Shown here piece after piece: positions 61,266 to 64,000 of a stretch of 64,000 nucleotides of DNA (the first letter of the stretch is position 1; the number at the start of each line of letters is the position of its first letter). Location of the stretch: contig CAXXMR010000009.1 in assembly GCA_963663805.2 (NCBI GenBank), positions 128,001 to 192,000 of the forward strand, in the 5' to 3' direction. Origin of the DNA: Sedimentisphaerales bacterium. Its GTDB lineage: Bacteria; Planctomycetota; Phycisphaerae; Sedimentisphaerales; SM23-30. The position numbers were made by a program, and so were the translations under genes. The notes beneath the pieces are model-generated. The model was not told where the DNA came from. It did not search any database and saw only the letters and a list, made by a program, of their open reading frames with translations.

Positions 61266-62255
61266 TTATTTTAGGATCGCATCGACTAATGATTTCTCAA
61301 AGCCGTCGAGGTCTTTCCATTTTACAGCCCAGTTGATATTTTTGGCGTCGGGGTCGATGAGGCAGTAGCCTTTGTCGTCGATTTTTGTGCCGAGAGTCTC
61401 CATTTCGAGGTAGTCGAACGAGCGGGCTAAATGAATGGCCACAGTATCATAGAGGATGGTGCTGGTGTTATTGTAATCGAATCTTTTTTCGGGTTTGTGT
61501 CCCGGTCTTTCGAGCCAGGCTTTATAACTTTCCTGGATAGCCTGCATTTCAGGTGTGGTGCATTTCAGGAATCTCTGATAGTTTTCGCCATCAAGCATAA
61601 CCAGACTGCAAGTGTCCAGCGGGGTGATGGTCATGGGCCAGGGAGAGTGGAAAACCTTCTGGGCCTCTTTGATGTAGGTTCTAATGTTCCATTCCGCGAC
61701 GGGTTTGCCTTTGCCTTGGTGGCCTACATAAATACTGCCCTGCATGCCGATGACTTCGGACTTTGCGGCGATGCCGGGTTCCAGTTCCAGAGCGGCAGCG
61801 AGGTTGGGCAGGGGGCCGACGGCTATTACTTTGATGTTTTTATTCGAGGCCATGATGATATCGACCATTGCTTTGACGCCGTCTTCTATGATAGTGCCGG
61901 GATATTTTTTGTAGTCGTAACCTTCGAGCCAGGATTTCTGGTGATATTTGTGTACACCGCTTTCGGTTTTTTTGCCGATGCCGATGGGGATATCGGTGCG
62001 GTTGTATATCTCCAGAGTTTTGGCGACAAACTGAGCCCTTAAGGCGGTATCTCCGCTGGCGGTGGTGATGAGCTTGATGTCGAAATCCGGGCATTTGAGC
62101 AGATACGCCAGAGCCCACATGTCGTCTATGTCGTCAGCGATGTCGGTATCGAATATAACGGGGATTTTCACTTCCGGTTCCGGTGAAGCGGCAGGCACTG
62201 GAACGCAGATGATTGCCAAAAGAAATATTGTTAAGAGGTATTTGGGATTATTCAT
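61266..62255 (-). CDS. Secreted nucleoside hydrolase (IU-NH family)
   Basis: Signal peptide. DTDIADDIDD, VGPLPNLA, AEWNI and PLD. YD replaces the usual HD. Confidence 0.88.
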   Translation of the reverse strand: MNNPKYLLTIFLLAIICVPVPAASPEPEVKIPVIFDTDIADDIDDMWALAYLLKCPDFDIKLITTASGDTALRAQFVAKTLEIYNRTDIPIGIGKKTESGVHKYHQKSWLEGYDYKKYPGTIIEDGVKAMVDIIMASNKNIKVIAVGPLPNLAAALELEPGIAAKSEVIGMQGSIYVGHQGKGKPVAEWNIRTYIKEAQKVFHSPWPMTITPLDTCSLVMLDGENYQRFLKCTTPEMQAIQESYKAWLERPGHKPEKRFDYNNTSTILYDTVAIHLARSFDYLEMETLGTKIDDKGYCLIDPDAKNINWAVKWKDLDGFEKSLVDAILK

Positions 62256-62321
62256 TACGCGATTTTGAGCAGAGGAGAACATGCCGGCTCCTTATGGTGT
62301 ATTTTATGGCGTTATTTTTGG

Positions 62322-62371
62322 AAAAGCAGGCCGGGAACCCTTAAAGGAGAATCAGGGCTCCCGACCTGCTT
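62322..62371 (-). terminator. Hairpin/terminator candidate downstream of the beta-helix gene
   Basis: AAGCAGG-CCGGGA-ACCCT...AGGG-CTCCCG-ACCTGCTT imperfect stem with a short U-tract on the minus strand. Confidence 0.5.
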
Positions 62372-62391
62372 GTTTACAACTCGTCCAACAA

Positions 62392-64000
62392 TTATTCACA
62401 CTCAGGCGCGGTGCAGGTCAGCCAGTTGGCCGAGATTACAGAGAAGTCTGTAAGGTCAACACGGCAATCGCCGTTGATGTCACCGTCCGGTATTGGGTGA
62501 TTTGCGTCACCGCAACCGCCTACTTCGTAGATACCCATATCAACTATCCCATTGATGATACGTTTTCGACCGTCTTTGTCTTCGGTAACGCTTGCCGGGA
62601 CATAGCTGTTGCCGCCAGCGTCGATACAGGGTGAGACATTCGGAGCGGTGTTCTGTAGATGATAATCATCGTCCGCGGTGCCCGGAATATCATCGGCACC
62701 GTCAGCATCGACGAAAAGCGGGTCCTGGTCGATATTGCCGGTTCCGGCACCAGTCCAGCCGTTTTCTATGTTGCAATAGCTGACTTCAAGGGCAGCGCTC
62801 TGGTCATCAATCGAGCTGGCACCGTTGAGAATTATTGAGTTGTAGATACCATCCAGAAGTGAGTTTGAAGCTACGGTAACTGCTGCCCCTGTGGGAGCGG
62901 TATTGTCAACAAACACACAGTTGTCGATTTCAATGATGCGGTCGTAGGCTTTTATGGCACCGCCTTCGGTGTTGGCGTTGTTGGCGGTGAAAACGCAGTT
63001 TGCCACGAGAGTAGAATCAGAATTGCCGCTGCCGTCCAGTGAAAGGGCCCCCGCTACTTCATTTGCATCGTTGGCGTAGAAGCAACAGTTGATAAAGTCG
63101 CCTGACATAGCACTGAAAAGGAATACCGCAGCTCCAGATTTGGTGCAGGTATTTTCGCTGAAGGTGCAGCCGTCGAAGGTGACGTTTCCGGCACTGGTCA
63201 AGCGTGTGGCACCTCCGTATGGGGCATTGTTGGCGGTAAAGGCGCAGTTGGTGACATTGGCACCAGAACTACTGTCGATGAGCAAGGCGCCGGCACGGGT
63301 GGAACTGCTGTTGTTTTCGAATGAGCAGTTGGTTATGGTTGCAAAAGCGGAGGAGGTTACAATTACCGCACCACCGCCGGCGGCACCGGATGAAGTGTTG
63401 GTGTTGTTGGTAAAGGTGCAGTCTTCGAGCGTGAAAGCACCGGTTTCGCGAATTCTAATACCGCCTGCGGTTGAGTAACCAATGTTGTTGTCGAAGGTAC
63501 AGCCGGAAACTTTAGCCCCGGAGCTGTTGGAGTAGAAATAAACGGCACCGGCAAATCCGCCATAGCAGTTTTCGAATACACAGTTAGTGATTTGCGAGGG
63601 GCAGGTGTTGGCCCAGATTGCCGAACCGCCGGCAGTGGACCAGTGATTTGTGAATACACAGTTCTGGACTGTGGGGCTGCCGGGGCTTACACGCAGACCA
63701 GAACCACAGTTATCAGGAGATGCGCCATTGGAATAGCCGCCGGTGATTGTGAAGCCGTCCAGAATAGCGGTTGCGTCGGTGTTGTTGGCAGTAAGAATAT
63801 GGTATGAGTTGTCGGTCATATTGCCAAAGTCGGCGCTGTCATTGCCGGCCAGGTCACCGGTAAGGATTGTGACATTATTTACATAATCACGCTGACTGAG
63901 CTGGGTCTCAGTGCCAGCGAAACCACCGTAAAGGGCCACGCCGGTAATCATGGTAAAAGAAACCTGGCGATCGTACTGAGTGTAGGCCGTGCCCAGGTCG
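62392..64000 (-). CDS. Secreted beta-helix repeat protein with dockerin-like C-terminus, 5'-truncated by the window edge; paralog of 59428-61224
   Basis: LYGGFAGTET, LDGFTITGG and repeated C.F..N...GA. SPCIDAG, VDMGIYE and DINGDCRVDLTDF....W. Confidence 0.88.
   Translation of the reverse strand, partial: DLGTAYTQYDRQVSFTMITGVALYGGFAGTETQLSQRDYVNNVTILTGDLAGNDSADFGNMTDNSYHILTANNTDATAILDGFTITGGYSNGASPDNCGSGLRVSPGSPTVQNCVFTNHWSTAGGSAIWANTCPSQITNCVFENCYGGFAGAVYFYSNSSGAKVSGCTFDNNIGYSTAGGIRIRETGAFTLEDCTFTNNTNTSSGAAGGGAVIVTSSAFATITNCSFENNSSSTRAGALLIDSSSGANVTNCAFTANNAPYGGATRLTSAGNVTFDGCTFSENTCTKSGAAVFLFSAMSGDFINCCFYANDANEVAGALSLDGSGNSDSTLVANCVFTANNANTEGGAIKAYDRIIEIDNCVFVDNTAPTGAAVTVASNSLLDGIYNSIILNGASSIDDQSAALEVSYCNIENGWTGAGTGNIDQDPLFVDADGADDIPGTADDDYHLQNTAPNVSPCIDAGGNSYVPASVTEDKDGRKRIINGIVDMGIYEVGGCGDANHPIPDGDINGDCRVDLTDFSVISANWLTCTAPECE

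Noticed and set aside
1..64000. CRISPR array, rRNA, reverse transcriptase or prophage genes
   Set aside because: No regularly spaced repeat-spacer series, rRNA-like tract, RT motif or phage structural genes were recognised.

Overview
Bacterial chromosomal window, most likely from a planctomycete of the Phycisphaerae/Sedimentisphaerales type. This is an inference from the prepilin/H-X9-DG protein, a PEP-CTERM protein and many secreted LamG/beta-helix proteins with dockerin-like motifs. Layout: (1) 1-12 kb is mostly housekeeping: mnmG 3' end, a PEP/pyruvate-binding ATP-grasp protein, tRNA-Ser(CGA), an intact IS4 element (26-bp perfect IRs, 9-bp target duplication), an HDAC-family deacetylase, a DUF1573 lipoprotein, a multiheme cytochrome, bioF and hpt. 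(2) 12-35.6 kb is a large divergent catabolic locus around an AraC regulator. The left arm encodes secreted LamG/dockerin/PEP-CTERM/pilin-like proteins, an unassigned glycosidase-like malectin protein, a UROD-family protein and a propeller glycosidase. The right arm encodes DUF2961/GH172-like and GH109-like glycosidases, opine dehydrogenase, a non-pyrrolysine MttB-family methyltransferase, an M20 hydrolase, a Zn dehydrogenase, an MBL hydrolase and an SSS symporter. Six genes here are split by single-base frameshifts, probably sequence errors. (3) 35.8-52.2 kb holds unusual secreted fusion enzymes (propeller+ADP-ribosylglycohydrolase, GH5+GH113, dockerin-LamG-discoidin-class I amidotransferase), an aminotransferase, SSS and ABC sugar transporters, GH130 and an SDR. 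(4) 52.2-56.7 kb is an AT-richer decayed island: IS66 remnant, tRNA-Gly 3'-half att-like site, DUF4143 ATPases, and an IS200 nested in a defective IS630. (5) 56.7-64 kb holds rbsK, a secreted TIM-barrel glycosidase-like protein, a secreted nucleoside hydrolase and two beta-helix dockerin proteins. No CRISPR array, rRNA, integrase or clear defence system was seen. The best candidates for undescribed biology are the opine dehydrogenase/MttB/M20 operon coupled to glycosidases and the secreted fusion enzymes. All functional calls come from motif recognition by eye, without database searches.
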